Of a stretch of 64,000 bases of DNA, positions 1 to 9,525 are shown one piece after another (the first letter of the stretch is position 1; each line of letters starts with the position of its first letter). Location: assembly GCA_964368835.1 (NCBI GenBank), contig CAYJCZ010000003.1, forward strand, positions 64,153-128,152, read 5' to 3'. The translations under genes and the position numbers were made by a program. The notes below the pieces were generated by a model. It saw nothing but the letters and a program-made list of their open reading frames with translations. It ran no database searches and was not told where the DNA came from. This DNA comes from an uncultured Candidatus Saccharibacteria bacterium (GTDB lineage Bacteria > Patescibacteriota > Minisyncoccia > Phycocordibacterales > UBA6065).

Positions 1-2
1 GA

Positions 3-141
3 CAGGATGTAATTAATTCGGGAGCTCAAGGTACCCCATACAGCGTCATCTTTACCAAAGGAGAACGAATTCCCCTTACCCAAGGCGCTCTTCCTTACGC
101 AGACATGAAGACGATTATTGACGAGATCTTAAAGAATTAAA
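3..141 (+). CDS. C-terminal fragment of a thioredoxin/DsbA-like protein; the gene starts upstream of the window
   Basis: Frame 3 reads open from the window edge to a stop at 139-141. The tail ...GTPYSVIFTKGERIPLTQGALPYADMKTIIDEILKN resembles thioredoxin-fold/DsbA C-termini. Short fragment only. Confidence 0.35.
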
Positions 142-3054
142 TTTACAGCCGTCACAGTCTCGATCATCGCAGTTCTCTTCCAAAATCTCGCCATTCCATA
201 CTGATTCGGCGAGATTTTGTATTTCTGCACGAACCCTGTCTTCATCGGCTTTTGTAATTGGCACGGTTATAATCGGGCACCTTCCTTTATCATCAGGCTT
301 TATGAATACCAAAGCAGGCTCTATCGTCTTTCCTTTATATTTTGAATCTGTTGAAGTGAGGATCTTGTAGTAAATGAGCTGACGGAAATATCCTCCATCA
401 TCACTTTTTGTTTCTCCACGTATTGCAGCAACACTCATTGCTTCCTTGGTTTTGTAATCAAAGATATACACTTTATCATCAGTTACAAGCAAAGCATCGA
501 GCTTGCCATGAATCTTGAATTCAACATCCTTGCCCGCAATCTTTGCTGTGAAAGGTGTATCCGCCCATGTTTCAACACTCACTGTTCCTGGTTGTGACAG
601 ATGCGCAACGAGAGCCCTTGCAACAATTGGCGCTGAGCCGGTCAACTCCTCCAAAATCGCCTCTTTCTCAAATGCAGGCAAAAGTGATCGGGTGAAATAC
701 TCTCGAACTGTATCTATTATTGTCGTTGAAATAGCCGCGACACTCTTATCTTGCAGTCGCCAAACACGAGCCATGGCTTCATGCATCGCATTTCCCTTTT
801 CAGAGCTCGCTGAAGGCGGCTCTGGTACTCGCATGATACTTTTAAAGAAAAATTGATTAGGGCAAGTTAAAAAATGGTTAAGCGCTGTAACGGACAAACC
901 TCTCGTGAGAAGCGAATTTTTTGCATATTCAACAAGCTCATTTTTACGGTAATCTTCTGCCCGAGCTGCCCCTCGTACAGGCTTAGTATGTGCAGGAATT
1001 TTGGTGTGTGAAATAGAACCCTCAGATATTTCTCCAATGAATCGAAGCGGTGTTAAATCTTTGCCCAAACTATCGGCCAAGGATGCAATAATTGAAACAT
1101 GCTGCTTTGCTCGAGTGACAGCCACATAAAAAAGTCTTCGGGCGTCTCGCACATCATCTCCTTCACCTTTCTCTTTTGGCAAAACAAAGTACGAAGAACG
1201 CGCACGAGGCATCCATGATTCTTCGTTAGCAAAAGGAATAAACACAAAATCATACTCAAGCCCCTTTGAACCGTGGGCTGTCATGATACTTACCAGTGCA
1301 TCGGCTTTCCCAGCAGCAATTTTAACCGTTTTAGTTTCAGCGAATTTTCTATACGAAAGGAGGGCTTCAATAAGTTTTTGAGGATCTTCAATTGAATCCT
1401 TTTTTGCCAAATCCTGTGCTAAAGAAATAATTCCCCGCCAAATCTCTGCACTCAGCGGATCCTGGATGGCCTTATCTACAAAGCCTGAAACCTCAGCCGC
1501 AGAAATAAGATATTCAATAGGACCCATGCGAGTCATATCCTCAAAGAGCGGTTTAAGTACAGGTAGTGATTTTTCAAGTGAAACTATGTTTCCACTTTTA
1601 ATTGCACCAATAATCTCAACCGATCGCGGGAAATCAAGATTCCATAGCCCCATCGATAGTGTTCGGGCCAAAAGCATTACTTTGGAACGATCAGCAAGAA
1701 ACTCAATGAGGTCAAAATATATTGAACCGAGTGGATGCGAGAAAATGTCAGCACCCCGCTCTGCAGACGCTTCAATTCCATGAGTCTGAAAGAGATTGAG
1801 TATTCTTTCTACATCTCTATTTGTACGAACAATGACAGCAACAGTTTCCTTTTTGCCTGCTTTAATTACCTTCTCAACGTTTTGGGCAAGATATTCTAAA
1901 CCCGCTTCAACATTACCAGCAGATATACATTCAATTGGTTTACCTTTATTTTTTGAGAAAAGCTCTATTCGAAGATTTTTATGTTCCCCTTCCACGTAGT
2001 TATTTTCAATGAGAGAGAAACCGGCATCCAAAATTCCTTGATGCGATCTGTAATTGTCAGAAAGCGAGATAAGTTTCATTGACTGCCACAGGTTTTGGAA
2101 CGCCACAAAGTTCTGTACAGATGCACCCTGAAATCTATAAATCGCCTGCTTCTCATCGCCCACCACAAACAAATTAGGATTTTCAAAAAAGTTGGCAATC
2201 ATTCGCACAAGCAGGTTCTGTGAATCATTCGTGTCCTGATGCTCATCCACGAGAATGTACAGGAATTTCTCTTGAACAAGTCTCAATAAGAGTTCATCAC
2301 GCTCAAGCGCAAGAAGTAATTCAATAATAAGATCATCGAAATCAATCGACTCATCTTTTTTCTTACGAGCCTCATATTCCTCAAAAATATCAGCAAGCAG
2401 TGCAGTCTTCTCACACTTTTCAATTCTCTTGAGAGCATCCGCCTTTAAACTTCCCTTACTCGCTCCTCGAGTAGAAATATTTTCATCGTCACTTTTTATT
2501 CTCTTTATTTCATCTTTAACAAATGAACGCAGCATTCCTGGTGTCCATGCCTCTTTCTTGGATTCGGCTATTGTATTTAAAATTGATCCAACATACAGAT
2601 CCGGATTACCAAACGGTCGCAATTTTGTATATTTTTTGTCCGCAAGAATATCGCGAATAAGCGCTTCAGCTTCGACCCCTGTTAGTTGCCGTGCGCGCGA
2701 GATATGTGCAAAGTGATCAGGAAATTCGGTAATTATAGAAAGTGCAAAGCCGTGAAATGTATGAATTCTTACTTCGTCGGCTCGGGTACCTATCACCTCT
2801 CGGAGCTTCATACGCATCGCTTTAACACCAGCCTCTGTAAACGTAATCGCGAGAATTCCGCCTGGGGGCGTATCCGTCTTCTGCAAGATATGAGCAATTC
2901 TTAGAGTAAGAATTGTGGTCTTACCCGTACCTGGGCCAGCAATTACCATTACAGGGCCCTCGATTGTATCGACAGCCTCCTTTTGTTTTGGATTGAGCCT
3001 TGCGTACCTCTCTTTAAAGACGTTTTCCATAAGCGTCAGTATATCATCCGCCAT
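115..3054 (-). CDS. UvrD/PcrA-family ATP-dependent DNA helicase with a C-terminal PD-(D/E)XK-like nuclease region (AddA-like helicase-nuclease)
   Basis: 979 aa ORF. N-terminal Walker A IAGPGTGKTT, a UvrD-type DEXQD motif (VDEHQDTN) and helicase motifs. The cysteine-rich C-terminal extension is typical of helicase-nuclease fusions. Confidence 0.85.
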   Translation of the reverse strand: MADDILTLMENVFKERYARLNPKQKEAVDTIEGPVMVIAGPGTGKTTILTLRIAHILQKTDTPPGGILAITFTEAGVKAMRMKLREVIGTRADEVRIHTFHGFALSIITEFPDHFAHISRARQLTGVEAEALIRDILADKKYTKLRPFGNPDLYVGSILNTIAESKKEAWTPGMLRSFVKDEIKRIKSDDENISTRGASKGSLKADALKRIEKCEKTALLADIFEEYEARKKKDESIDFDDLIIELLLALERDELLLRLVQEKFLYILVDEHQDTNDSQNLLVRMIANFFENPNLFVVGDEKQAIYRFQGASVQNFVAFQNLWQSMKLISLSDNYRSHQGILDAGFSLIENNYVEGEHKNLRIELFSKNKGKPIECISAGNVEAGLEYLAQNVEKVIKAGKKETVAVIVRTNRDVERILNLFQTHGIEASAERGADIFSHPLGSIYFDLIEFLADRSKVMLLARTLSMGLWNLDFPRSVEIIGAIKSGNIVSLEKSLPVLKPLFEDMTRMGPIEYLISAAEVSGFVDKAIQDPLSAEIWRGIISLAQDLAKKDSIEDPQKLIEALLSYRKFAETKTVKIAAGKADALVSIMTAHGSKGLEYDFVFIPFANEESWMPRARSSYFVLPKEKGEGDDVRDARRLFYVAVTRAKQHVSIIASLADSLGKDLTPLRFIGEISEGSISHTKIPAHTKPVRGAARAEDYRKNELVEYAKNSLLTRGLSVTALNHFLTCPNQFFFKSIMRVPEPPSASSEKGNAMHEAMARVWRLQDKSVAAISTTIIDTVREYFTRSLLPAFEKEAILEELTGSAPIVARALVAHLSQPGTVSVETWADTPFTAKIAGKDVEFKIHGKLDALLVTDDKVYIFDYKTKEAMSVAAIRGETKSDDGGYFRQLIYYKILTSTDSKYKGKTIEPALVFIKPDDKGRCPIITVPITKADEDRVRAEIQNLAESVWNGEILEENCDDRDCDGCKFNSLRSRQ

Positions 3055-3185
3055 GAGTCCGTAGGATTGAAAAAACTGATCTTTTCAGGTACTCTGAGCC
3101 TCGAATCCCGATCTTCATACCCATGAATATACATCTGGAAAACGGCATCCCTCGAGCCAGCGTGTTCTTCTATGAGGAAGTACCG

Positions 3186-3641
3186 ATGGCTTTTCGTCAA
3201 AGTGGTGTTGATCGCATGAAGGCACTCACGGCAAGGTTCGCACCCCTCCTGCGCACGTTCGGAGACAAAGTAGAAATTGATTGGGAGTTCTATGCACAGG
3301 CCTGCGCTGTGTATCAAGATCTCATGAATCGAGTCCTACTCGCACTCGGCGTACTCACGTTTCAGGCACACGGAAACCTGCAAATCACACACGTGCATGA
3401 TCCTGCGTGCCGATCCTTCATGCCCCGTGCGCTCAACAGGCGACTGTATTTTCACAGAAAGCGCTTCAGTGACGCCCTTAGCTTCATTGAAGTTTCGACT
3501 GAAATTTTCGCTAAGCGAAATGTTTCTGTCAGCCCGCACGAGCTTCAAGCAATAGAAATGGTACTCAGGGGTGATTTATTTGACCCCAACGCTGTTACTG
3601 CAGAAGTCATCATCACAAACAAGCTTCCTCTTGCTGGATGA
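3186..3641 (+). CDS. hypothetical protein on a GC-rich, foreign-looking segment
   Basis: ORF 3123..3641. An internal ATG at 3186 is preceded by GAGGAAG with a 5 nt spacer, and the ORF is followed by the 3647-3681 terminator. Local GC is clearly above its surroundings. No recognisable domain. Confidence 0.4.
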   Translation: MAFRQSGVDRMKALTARFAPLLRTFGDKVEIDWEFYAQACAVYQDLMNRVLLALGVLTFQAHGNLQITHVHDPACRSFMPRALNRRLYFHRKRFSDALSFIEVSTEIFAKRNVSVSPHELQAIEMVLRGDLFDPNAVTAEVIITNKLPLAG

Positions 3642-3646
3642 TTTCA

Positions 3647-3681
3647 TCAAACAAAAAGGCCCCTCAATGAGGAGCCTTTTT
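3647..3681. terminator. bidirectional rho-independent terminator between convergent genes
   Basis: aaaaaggcccctcaatgaggagcctttttt: a GC stem flanked by an A-run and a T-run. Confidence 0.6.
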
Positions 3682-3691
3682 TAATTCAATA

Positions 3692-4072
3692 CTATTCCTT
3701 TTTGAAAACCTTCATGAGTGTGTACTTTCCTGAACCAGCAAACGATATCGCGAGTGCGGCCAAGAAGAGCATAAGGTCGAATTCGAATCCTCCCAAAAAT
3801 CCCTTTGAAATCTTTACGAGTGCGATTGCACCAACCATGGTCATCGCAAGTAGAATTCCGCTCCATCCTGTGAACACTCCAAGAAGCATAGAAACACCTC
3901 CGAGAAGCTCTATGTATGCAATGAGGTATGCCCAGAATGCAGAAAGTCCAATTGATGAAAAGAATCCTACGGTTCCATCCATGTTATTGAGCTTGTCCCA
4001 ACCGTGAGCGATAAATACTGCCGCAAGGCCCACTCGAATGAGAAGAAGGGCGATGTCTAAATTTGTTTTCAT
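3692..4072 (-). CDS. DoxX-family membrane protein
   Basis: 126 aa, four predicted TM segments, N-terminus LLLIRVGLAAVFIAHGWDKL typical of DoxX. Confidence 0.75.
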   Translation of the reverse strand: MKTNLDIALLLIRVGLAAVFIAHGWDKLNNMDGTVGFFSSIGLSAFWAYLIAYIELLGGVSMLLGVFTGWSGILLAMTMVGAIALVKISKGFLGGFEFDLMLFLAALAISFAGSGKYTLMKVFKKE

Positions 4073-4127
4073 GTTGTCTGATTAATCTATAAAATTAGCC
4101 ACTTATAATTCAATTATTCTAACACAC

Positions 4128-5171
4128 CTAAACTGATGTGGTTTTCTTGTTTTTGTCATCAAGGATCACCAGTTTATAGATCTCCAAGAGTGCGGCAAAG
4201 AGCGCGATCACAAGCGGTCCCAAGAATAAACCAACTGGACCGAAGAACATAATGCCTCCCAACACAGAGATGAGCACAAGGAGTGGATGCACAGTAAATC
4301 CTTGGCTAATCATGATTGGCATGAGGATATTATCAACAAGACCCACGGCGACAATACCCCAGATTGCTAGACCGATACCAGCACCCAAATGATCCGTCAC
4401 TATCAAGAAAAGAATTGCAGGAATCATAGTAAGTCCTGTTCCGATACCAGGCAAAAGTGCCACAATCGCGGTTAGTGTTCCCCACAAAAGCGCGTGCGGT
4501 ACTCCGAACAGAAAAAATCCTAAGGATGCAAGCGTACCTTGTATAAGTGCAGTAAATAGCGATCCGCGAACAACTGAATTTACAGCCCTTTCAACTTTAT
4601 CAATGATGTCGTTATCGTACTTGTCTGCCAAAGGAGAAAGCTCAACAATTGATTTTCTAAAGCTTGCACCGTCACGGAGCATATAGAAAAGAGCGACGAT
4701 TGCAATAAATGTTGATAGTGCGATTGTTGCAGTGCTTTGGAAAATTCCCCTCGCATTATTAACCAACCCATCAGCAAGTGTTCGTATGTAACCAGAAATA
4801 TCAGGATTAAATGCCGGGAATATTGCTTGAATTGGCTGAACCAAATACTGTGTTATCTGGTCAAAACCACCAAGCCCACTATCGCGAACATCAACATAGA
4901 AATTAAAAGACTCGACCGCAATACGTTGAGTGAGTATTGAGAGCGGCACAAGAATCACAAGCAGTACAAATATTACCGACAAAATTGCAGACAGAGTCCT
5001 TCTATTTGCAGTTAATTTCATAAACCACGCGTCAACAGGACGCGTAACAATCGCCGCCATAAAAGCGAGCGCCATCGGTGCGATGAAAGGCTCAAAAAGT
5101 AGAGCAACTAAAACAAACACTGCTAAAAGCAGAACAATAAAGAATGCCAGTTGTAGCTTTTTTGTATCCAT
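4128..5171 (-). CDS. AI-2E family transporter (PerM/UPF0118-like permease)
   Basis: 347 aa polytopic membrane protein with the characteristic AI-2E architecture and length. Confidence 0.8.
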   Translation of the reverse strand: MDTKKLQLAFFIVLLLAVFVLVALLFEPFIAPMALAFMAAIVTRPVDAWFMKLTANRRTLSAILSVIFVLLVILVPLSILTQRIAVESFNFYVDVRDSGLGGFDQITQYLVQPIQAIFPAFNPDISGYIRTLADGLVNNARGIFQSTATIALSTFIAIVALFYMLRDGASFRKSIVELSPLADKYDNDIIDKVERAVNSVVRGSLFTALIQGTLASLGFFLFGVPHALLWGTLTAIVALLPGIGTGLTMIPAILFLIVTDHLGAGIGLAIWGIVAVGLVDNILMPIMISQGFTVHPLLVLISVLGGIMFFGPVGLFLGPLVIALFAALLEIYKLVILDDKNKKTTSV

Positions 5172-5175
5172 CCTT

Positions 5176-6096
5176 CTATTGTACCCCTTTCAAAATTGAA
5201 CGCGAGCGCGCTTTTGGGTTCTTTATCACCACGTCCTTACACTTCTGCGAACAGTAGGCGTTATCAGATGCAGTGCATGACTCGCAACATAGAAACTGAC
5301 TTCCACAGCTGTCGTTAGTGCAATCTGCGTATTTTTCAGTTTTTGAGCCGCACTTCTCGCAAATACCAATGATTTCCCTTTCTCCTGGAAATGCCATAGT
5401 CACCCTCCCATCAAAAACATAAAGCGCTCCGTTAAAATGCTTACCCGGATACTTTTCCATGTATGACACTATGCCGCCATCGAGTTGATATACATCCTTA
5501 AATCCCTTTTTAATTAGATAACCAGAAGCCTTTTCGCAGCGTACTCCACCCGTACACACCGTAAGAACTTTTTTGTCTGCATATTTCTTTAGCTTTGGAA
5601 GAACTTTGGGTAGATCACGAAAATTTTTAAGTTGCGGCAAGACAGACCCCTTGAAGGCACCCACTTTGTGCTCGTAATCATTTCGCATATCGATGATGGT
5701 AAATTCTTCACCTTTATCGAACCACTTTTTGAGCTGCTCTGGTTTTAAGTGCACTCCTGTTGTCTTGCGCGGATCCACATCCGTATCTTTTGCTTTATGA
5801 AGGGAAAGCGAAACTATTTCTGGACGAACCTTTATTGAGAGTCGAGGAAAAACGCCACCGTTACCTTCACTGATTTTCCAATGGATTTTCGCAAAACCCT
5901 TTTTTGAGGTGAGAAACTTACGATAAGCCCTTGTGTCTTTAGTGAGTCCCTCAAGAGTGCCGTTAATACCCTCCTTGGCTATGATTATGCGCCCCTTAAG
6001 GTTTCGCTTTTGGCAAAAAGCCTTATGTTCAGCCATAAAAGCCTCCGGATTGCGGATTGTTGCGTACTTATAATAGAGAAGAATTTCGTGTTTCAT
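5176..6096 (-). CDS. trhO: rhodanese-domain tRNA uridine(34) hydroxylase-like protein (TrhO/YceA, UPF0176)
   Basis: 306 aa. N-terminus MKHEILLYYKY...IIAKEGINGTLEG matches the TrhO/YceA signature. It carries a rhodanese active-site Cys (CTGGVRCEKAS) and a C-terminal Cys-rich tail. Confidence 0.8.
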   Translation of the reverse strand: MKHEILLYYKYATIRNPEAFMAEHKAFCQKRNLKGRIIIAKEGINGTLEGLTKDTRAYRKFLTSKKGFAKIHWKISEGNGGVFPRLSIKVRPEIVSLSLHKAKDTDVDPRKTTGVHLKPEQLKKWFDKGEEFTIIDMRNDYEHKVGAFKGSVLPQLKNFRDLPKVLPKLKKYADKKVLTVCTGGVRCEKASGYLIKKGFKDVYQLDGGIVSYMEKYPGKHFNGALYVFDGRVTMAFPGEREIIGICEKCGSKTEKYADCTNDSCGSQFLCCESCTASDNAYCSQKCKDVVIKNPKARSRSILKGVQ

Positions 6097-6137
6097 TGCG
6101 TGGCTATTCTATACGAAATCGCGCTAAAAAGAAATTC

Positions 6138-6560
6138 TTATCCGAAAATCGCCAAAATGAATGTCATTACAACTATTGCTACGAATTGGTAGCCAATTGA
6201 GAGGAGAAAGAAAGTAAATGAATCTCCGCCGTAGAGGTAATCACCCAATTTTACCGGTACAGTAAATCCAGCCCAAACCAAGAGCGCGAGAAGTAATACT
6301 CCAGAGAATCCAACAACAATAAGAGAGTTGAAAAGGACCGCAATTACAAACGCCTGAACGAGTGTACCCAATGCGTGATAGGCATAAATTGGTGCCATCG
6401 GCTTTCCGTTTTTCTTTTCAGCCAAAAGCTCGTCAGTCCAACCTTTTGATCTGAGCCAGAGTGTGCCAAACGCCCACGGTGCATGCCAAATGAAACTGAC
6501 AACAACACCTGCAATCGCAGCGGCAATAATAGTTATATATGGTAGATGTGCAAAAAACAT
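6138..6560 (-). CDS. small integral membrane protein (DUF1761-like)
   Basis: 140 aa, four hydrophobic helices. Confidence 0.55.
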   Translation of the reverse strand: MFFAHLPYITIIAAAIAGVVVSFIWHAPWAFGTLWLRSKGWTDELLAEKKNGKPMAPIYAYHALGTLVQAFVIAVLFNSLIVVGFSGVLLLALLVWAGFTVPVKLGDYLYGGDSFTFFLLSIGYQFVAIVVMTFILAIFG

Positions 6561-6701
6561 TCTATGAAGATTTAGTAGTAACTTTTATATTATACCTTTC
6601 TTTACAAATACACCTCAATATAGTCCTCAAATAAAGAAAAGATAAATTTGGGCATAACTACTGTTGTCAAAAAATAACAACACATTAAAATAAAACTACA
6701 T

Positions 6702-7394
6702 ATGAGAATACTGGTAATAGATGATGATCTGGAATTAAGAGATTTCCTAAGAAAGAACCTCGAATCAGAGTGCTTTGCAGTCGATACCGCTGGCGACGGA
6801 GAGCAAGGTTCATATTTGGGAAGAATTCATACATATGACCTTATCCTTCTTGATGAGGGATTGCCCGGGAAGACGGGCCTTGATGTCTGCAGAGAAATAC
6901 GATCTGCAGGCAAAGCATCCCCTATTATTGTTCTTTCTCCCGATGCTGAGGTGGATGTAAAGATAACGTTTCTAAATAGCGGGGCTGATGACTACATGTG
7001 CAAACCGTTCTCATATAGAGAATTAAGTTCCAGAATACGAGCGCTCCTTCGAAGGCCTGCTCGTATTATTTTGCCCACTTTGGAAATCGATGACCTTGTA
7101 CTCGACACACTTAATCAAACAGCACGGAGAGGTTCAAAAGAAATTTATCTTACCCGCAAAGAATTCGCACTCGCTGAATACCTTATGAGAAATTCCGGCT
7201 CGGTTGTTTCTCGCACTTCTCTTCTTGAACACGTATGGGGTGACGAGCTGGATCCTTTTTCAAACACAATCGAAGCCCATATTCTTAATCTTAGACGTAA
7301 AATTGATAAGCCTTCAAACAAAAAGCTCATCCATACAATTCCAGGACGTGGGTACACTATTGATTTATCGAGAGCTCGAACCTTTTACTCCTAA
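6702..7394 (+). CDS. OmpR/PhoB-family response regulator (receiver domain plus winged-helix DNA-binding domain)
   Basis: MRILVIDDD..., phospho-acceptor context LILLDEGLPGKTG, and C-terminal winged-helix motifs (RRKIDKP...IHTIPGRGY). No histidine kinase is adjacent. Confidence 0.85.
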   Translation: MRILVIDDDLELRDFLRKNLESECFAVDTAGDGEQGSYLGRIHTYDLILLDEGLPGKTGLDVCREIRSAGKASPIIVLSPDAEVDVKITFLNSGADDYMCKPFSYRELSSRIRALLRRPARIILPTLEIDDLVLDTLNQTARRGSKEIYLTRKEFALAEYLMRNSGSVVSRTSLLEHVWGDELDPFSNTIEAHILNLRRKIDKPSNKKLIHTIPGRGYTIDLSRARTFYS

Positions 7395-7765
7395 TCCTTC
7401 TTTCGCTTGTGGATCATGATTCTGTTTCCGTCAGGATCACTAATGAGCATCATACGACATGGTCCCGCGTCTTGTGGCGGCATGATCACCTCGACTTTAT
7501 TTTTCGTCAGAGTTTCAACAGCTTCATCAAAATTCTCTACTTCTAAAGTAACGATTGCGCCATTTGGACCAGGACTCATCTGTGGAGCACCTGCGCCTAT
7601 CACAAGTACATCCTCATCACTACCTATCCAATATTCGATAAAGGCCATTCCGTCGGCTTCATATACACTTGATGGTTTAAGGCCAAGAACTTCCTCATAA
7701 AACGTTCGAGCTCGTTTTATATCTGTCACGGTGTATCCCGAAAAAGCGATTTCTTTAACTTTCAT
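7391..7765 (-). CDS. VOC/glyoxalase-bleomycin resistance fold protein
   Basis: 124 aa with betaalphabetabetabeta-type motifs (HIAFSV-like, GAPQMSPGPNGAIVTLEV). Confidence 0.7.
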   Translation of the reverse strand: MKVKEIAFSGYTVTDIKRARTFYEEVLGLKPSSVYEADGMAFIEYWIGSDEDVLVIGAGAPQMSPGPNGAIVTLEVENFDEAVETLTKNKVEVIMPPQDAGPCRMMLISDPDGNRIMIHKRKKD

Positions 7766-7799
7766 ATGGGCAGGTTTAAGAATAATTGATAATTGTACA

Positions 7800-7979
7800 C
7801 TATTCGTTATTTTTAGGACTCATTTTCGGAGCCGATCGTGATCTACTTCGTAAACCTCCTTTCTTACTTACTTTTTTTCGATCATTATTATTTTCTTTTT
7901 TATCTTTACCCTTTTCCTTCTTTTGATTGTCATTGTGCTTCTGATTAGAAGCAGGTATTTGTGTTTCGTCTTTAGTCAT
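7800..7979 (-). CDS. possible small Lys/Asn-rich basic protein (59 aa)
   Basis: Unlisted minus-strand ORF reading MTKDETQIPASNQKHNDNQKKEKGKDKKENNNDRKKVSKKGGLRSRSRSAPKMSPKNNE in an otherwise empty 390 nt gap. No clear SD. It could be chance in AT-rich DNA. Confidence 0.2.
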   Translation of the reverse strand: MTKDETQIPASNQKHNDNQKKEKGKDKKENNNDRKKVSKKGGLRSRSRSAPKMSPKNNE

Positions 7980-8099
7980 AAGTTTTGTATGTTAGCGCAG
8001 TCTTTGTTTTGAATTATTGCGCTTTGGTGCGCACAAACCCTCTAGTAGTAAGACGAAATGGTCCGGGTAAATGTTGCGCCCCAATCATTCTCTGGCAGT

Positions 8100-8128
8100 T
8101 GACATATATTGATATTAGATGTAGTATT
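8100..8128 (+). promoter_or_regulatory. sigma70-like promoter for the 8155 gene
   Basis: TTGACA, a 17 nt spacer, then TAGTAT/TATTAT, about 25 nt upstream of the ATG. Confidence 0.5.
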
Positions 8129-8154
8129 ATATGTAAGTAATAATTATTAATTAC

Positions 8155-8595
8155 ATGAAAAGAACAGCATTTTACGTCGCGGGTTTGGTTGCAGTTGTAA
8201 TGACTGCTGGAGCGCTCTATACGGCCTCTATTTCAAATCCTTCAACAGACACAGCAACCCTCACTAATGGTTCAAAGGTAGCAATCACCTCAATTGAATC
8301 AATCACTGGTCTTGCTGCTATATTTAGCGCCGATAGCAAGGTTATCACTTGGGAAACCTCAGGTTTCAAGGTAGGTGAACCGATCGACATTAATCTCATC
8401 CGAAAGACTTCTGACTCACCAGTAGCATACGAGCTTGTGCGAAAGATCGCAGACAATACAAGAAATGATGGAAAGTACACCTGGGCTCCTAAAGAAGGAG
8501 AACTCGAATCAGGACTCTTCATCGAAGTTACTTGTTCTGGAAATGAGACAGTAGAAGGATGTGAAGTTGGTACTTCTCCCCTCTCGGTTAAATAA
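8155..8595 (+). CDS. secreted hypothetical protein
   Basis: 146 aa with an N-terminal signal-like hydrophobic segment. Followed by a terminator. Confidence 0.6.
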   Translation: MKRTAFYVAGLVAVVMTAGALYTASISNPSTDTATLTNGSKVAITSIESITGLAAIFSADSKVITWETSGFKVGEPIDINLIRKTSDSPVAYELVRKIADNTRNDGKYTWAPKEGELESGLFIEVTCSGNETVEGCEVGTSPLSVK

Positions 8596-8602
8596 TTCAA
8601 AT

Positions 8603-8631
8603 CAAAAGGCGCCCTAACGGGCGCCTTTTGA
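8603..8631. terminator. bidirectional rho-independent terminator
   Basis: aaaaggcgccctaacgggcgccttttga between convergent genes. Confidence 0.7.
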
Positions 8632-8632
8632 T

Positions 8633-9520
8633 TTACTTAAACGTTGCAACTCCTCCATTCTTAAGCTCTAACAAGAGCTCACCTTTCGATGTGAAAGAAT
8701 ATTTTTCCGCATCACTTAATGTCTTTGAAAATTCTCCCTCCTGAGAATCTTGGCAGAACATCTTTGTCATATAGATGTTACTAAACGTGATTGTTGAACC
8801 ATTCGTGGTATATGTACCTCCCATGCTGTTGCAATCAGTTGTTGCAGTAAATGCATTTGCTGCTGCGAATGTAACGGTAAACTTTTTTGTATCTTTAGGA
8901 ACTATCACAGCTCCGTCAGAAAGCTTTGTGCTGTTCCATACCCAAACATTCATGCCTAAAGTCATCTTTGCGGGATCTGCCTCTCCTTCAAAATTCTGCA
9001 CGACCTCTCCCCACTGCATTGTTTCTTTATCCAAAAGAAGCCAGATGCTTTTGCCCTGCGATGGAGACACCTCCATACCTTCCCCAGCTTTTCTGTCAGC
9101 ATAATTTACGACAATGATTTTGCCTGTACCTTTGCCCGTTGTTTGTGGAGCGATTCTGTCGCCAAGATAAAGCGCCTGTGATCCGATGTAACCCTCAGCG
9201 GTATTAAGTGCACCAACAACGTAATAACGAATCTCTGCTCCTCCAGAACTTTGTGTCACAAGAAAAGCAATATCCTCTACTCCATCACCATCCAAATCCG
9301 TCCGAACCTCGTTACCAAAATACTTTGTAACAACTGATTCACCTTCATGCACACCATTAACAAGTCGGATGAGATTACCATCAATAATATACAGTGCATC
9401 CAAGTGACTTTTTGCAACCTGAGTATCTCCCTGCTTTTCGTTGTATATGTAAGAGTTAAAGGCATAAAACCCGATAACAATGACCGCAAGAGCCATCACA
9501 ATGTATAAAATTTTTCTCAT
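8633..9520 (-). CDS. exported hypothetical protein (N-terminal TM/signal anchor)
   Basis: 295 aa with an N-terminal hydrophobic anchor. No recognisable catalytic motif. Confidence 0.6.
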   Translation of the reverse strand: MRKILYIVMALAVIVIGFYAFNSYIYNEKQGDTQVAKSHLDALYIIDGNLIRLVNGVHEGESVVTKYFGNEVRTDLDGDGVEDIAFLVTQSSGGAEIRYYVVGALNTAEGYIGSQALYLGDRIAPQTTGKGTGKIIVVNYADRKAGEGMEVSPSQGKSIWLLLDKETMQWGEVVQNFEGEADPAKMTLGMNVWVWNSTKLSDGAVIVPKDTKKFTVTFAAANAFTATTDCNSMGGTYTTNGSTITFSNIYMTKMFCQDSQEGEFSKTLSDAEKYSFTSKGELLLELKNGGVATFK

Positions 9521-9525
9521 ATAAT

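Noticed and set aside
515-3054. Antisense and alternate-frame ORFs inside the helicase, clpB, topA, serS, infB and other long genes (for example 515-856, 1466-1783, 56847-57197, 61861-62190)
   Set aside because: They are embedded in strongly supported long CDSs on the other strand or in another frame and have no independent signals.
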